From a bacterium (GTDB lineage: Bacteria; Electryoneota; JAOADG01): DNA of 64,000 nucleotides. The DNA is taken from assembly GCA_963681965.1 (NCBI GenBank), contig OY820579.1:2368001-2432000 (forward strand). Reading direction: 5' to 3'. Position 1 is the first letter of the stretch, and every line of letters begins with the position of its first letter. This document shows positions 62,138 to 64,000 of the stretch, piece after piece. The position numbers and the translations under genes were made by a program. The notes beneath the pieces were generated by a model. It made no database searches, was not told the DNA's origin, and saw only the letters and a list, made by a program, of their open reading frames with translations.

Positions 62138-63532
62138 TTACTTCAACAGTATCAGCTTTTGAGTGTGAACGAAATCACCGGCAGTCATCCGGGCAAAGTA
62201 AGTACCTGCCGCGAGATTCCTACCATCGAAGACGACATTGTATTCCCCGGGAGACTGATGGGTATCGACAAGCGTTGTAACCTCGTGACCGGCAAGATCG
62301 AAGATTTTTAGCGATACTTTGCTATTCTTCGGGATCGTATATCGAATAGTCGTGGTGGGATTGAAGGGATTAGGATAGTTATCCATCAATCCGGTAGTCT
62401 GGGGTAGCCCGATTGTTGCGTGTTCCGGTGCATTCAACAGTCCCCACAAATTGGTTTTAGTGAGATATGCACCGCTACTGAAACCACATAAAATTAAACC
62501 GTCGTTATTTGCCGTTAGACAGCCACCATATCCCATCGATCCCGCACTGTTGTAATATCGGTGCCAAATCTGTTCGCCGGTGGTTGTGTAGCAAATACCG
62601 GTCATTTGAAATCCGGTAGATAAATGGACATATCCGACAACTACGATATTGCCATCGGGTGAAATGACGATGTGATTGCCATACCCGTCATCTTCATTGA
62701 TTGTGCGTGACCAAATTTCATTACCATCCCAATCGAATTGCACGGTTACAATCCGATTCGGTGTAATCGAATCTCCGTTCATGGGTCCTGTCACCACTGG
62801 TCCAACTGATGAAACCGCGACGCCATTTCCCCATCCGGTAAATCGATCCAGTTTCCGTGACCAAATTGTGTCACCGGAGCTGTCACAGCGGAGCAACCAC
62901 ATTCTATTGGTAATCACCTGATTGCTTCGATTAGCCAGACCTGTAACCAAAAAACCACCGGAAGGAAGTTGCCAAGTCCTGTAGAATGCTTCGGAAGTCC
63001 CACTCCAGCCGTAGATATGTGAACCGAGTGATTCACCTTGTGCAGATAAATGAATCAGTAACCCTTCTGTTGTCGCACCGTCTTGGAAACAGCCGCTTAA
63101 CCAATAGCTGCCATCGAAAGCGCGAGATAAACACGGGACACTTTGATTACTGTATTCGGTGGTTAAAATATCATGAGCCAAAATGATCGCCCCGGAAATA
63201 TTATAAACGGCGAATCGCGGTGTTATGCCGGAGATGTAGACACAAGCAATACTAGTATCCGATAGTGGAGCGATACTGGCACGTGTTGCTCCCGATGGTA
63301 ACTCCCAGTAACGCATTATATCGCCGGTACTATCGATAATGGCAATATTCGATGGGAGATCGGTTAAAATCGCATACCGATTTACGTTAACCGGAAATAC
63401 TGTTTTAGCTCGACCGTTGAGATAATAATACGATTGTTCCCAGCATAGCGCACTGGCAAATTGACATAGCACGAATATTCCAACGGCGATAACAAGAAAT
63501 CGTGCAAAGATAAGAGTTCGAACTTGGAACAT
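62138..63532 (-). CDS. Secreted beta-propeller-like protein with T9SS-type CTD
   Basis: Signal peptide; repeats G...W.R.Y/L; NYPNPFNP...QKLILLK. Confidence 0.85.
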   Translation of the reverse strand: MFQVRTLIFARFLVIAVGIFVLCQFASALCWEQSYYYLNGRAKTVFPVNVNRYAILTDLPSNIAIIDSTGDIMRYWELPSGATRASIAPLSDTSIACVYISGITPRFAVYNISGAIILAHDILTTEYSNQSVPCLSRAFDGSYWLSGCFQDGATTEGLLIHLSAQGESLGSHIYGWSGTSEAFYRTWQLPSGGFLVTGLANRSNQVITNRMWLLRCDSSGDTIWSRKLDRFTGWGNGVAVSSVGPVVTGPMNGDSITPNRIVTVQFDWDGNEIWSRTINEDDGYGNHIVISPDGNIVVVGYVHLSTGFQMTGICYTTTGEQIWHRYYNSAGSMGYGGCLTANNDGLILCGFSSGAYLTKTNLWGLLNAPEHATIGLPQTTGLMDNYPNPFNPTTTIRYTIPKNSKVSLKIFDLAGHEVTTLVDTHQSPGEYNVVFDGRNLAAGTYFARMTAGDFVHTQKLILLK

Positions 63533-63606
63533 ATTATTACTCCTTATGAAGTTATTCTACGTGATTTCTTTACGAAAGAAGTAAGAACTAATTCGGAAAT
63601 TTACTG

Positions 63607-64000
63607 CTATTTCAATAATACTAACTTCTGTGTTTGAATTTCCGATGGTGTGCTTAGCCGGGCAAAGTATGTACCCGATGCAAGCGAACTTCCATTTATT
63701 TTCACGGAGTATTTCCCGGTTTCCTGAGTACGATTGACTAAAGTTGCGACACTTCGACCGGTAAGATCGAACAACTCCAACCGGACTTCGGATCGTTGCG
63801 GCAGCGAATATTTCAGTGTCGTAGTAGCATTGAATGGATTCGGAAATGCTGGTGTCAGTGTAACGCTCATGGGAAGATCAGAATTAGTCGGTTCTACGCC
63901 ATTGATTGTGGCACAATTGAGCAAAATCAAACCGGTGTTATTGGCAACCAGTGTATTGTATCCAATCGGTGCGACACCCCAAGCATTGCTGGTTTGGTGG
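63607..64000 (-). CDS. 3' end of a T9SS-type CTD protein (runs off the window edge)
   Basis: AFPNPFNA...GTYFARL...QKLVLLK; the frame is open to position 64000. Confidence 0.85.
   Translation of the reverse strand, partial: HQTSNAWGVAPIGYNTLVANNTGLILLNCATINGVEPTNSDLPMSVTLTPAFPNPFNATTTLKYSLPQRSEVRLELFDLTGRSVATLVNRTQETGKYSVKINGSSLASGTYFARLSTPSEIQTQKLVLLK

Overview
Bacterial chromosomal window of mid-range GC. It is probably from an uncultured FCB-group relative, inferred from eight proteins with Por/T9SS-type C-terminal sorting domains (CTD; YPNPFN...K(M/L/I)xLLK). Large modular secreted or surface proteins dominate: a C25 gingipain-like protein, a VWA/VIT pair, a 3775-aa LamG array, an M23 peptidase and nidogen-like repeat proteins. 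Housekeeping genes (mlaFD, sulP, fabL, mntP, uvrA, split transketolase) and signalling genes (GAF-PP2C plus STAS, two tandem cyclase-ATPase-TPR paralogues) lie between them. An IS3-family element has removed the 5' part of mlaE, and there are four copies of a 118-bp MITE-like element with a REP inside. The main result is one the ORF track hides. ORFs 45095..45388 and 42998..44866 are a single gene (45208->42998, 736 aa) interrupted by one in-frame UGA at the first Cys position of an Omp28-like thioredoxin CxxC motif (UxxC). A SECIS-like hairpin follows the UGA, and a tRNA-Sec (selC) gene lies 1.5 kb away. The best reading is an exported, CTD-bearing, multidomain selenoprotein. All calls were made by reading the sequence by eye; no searches were run.
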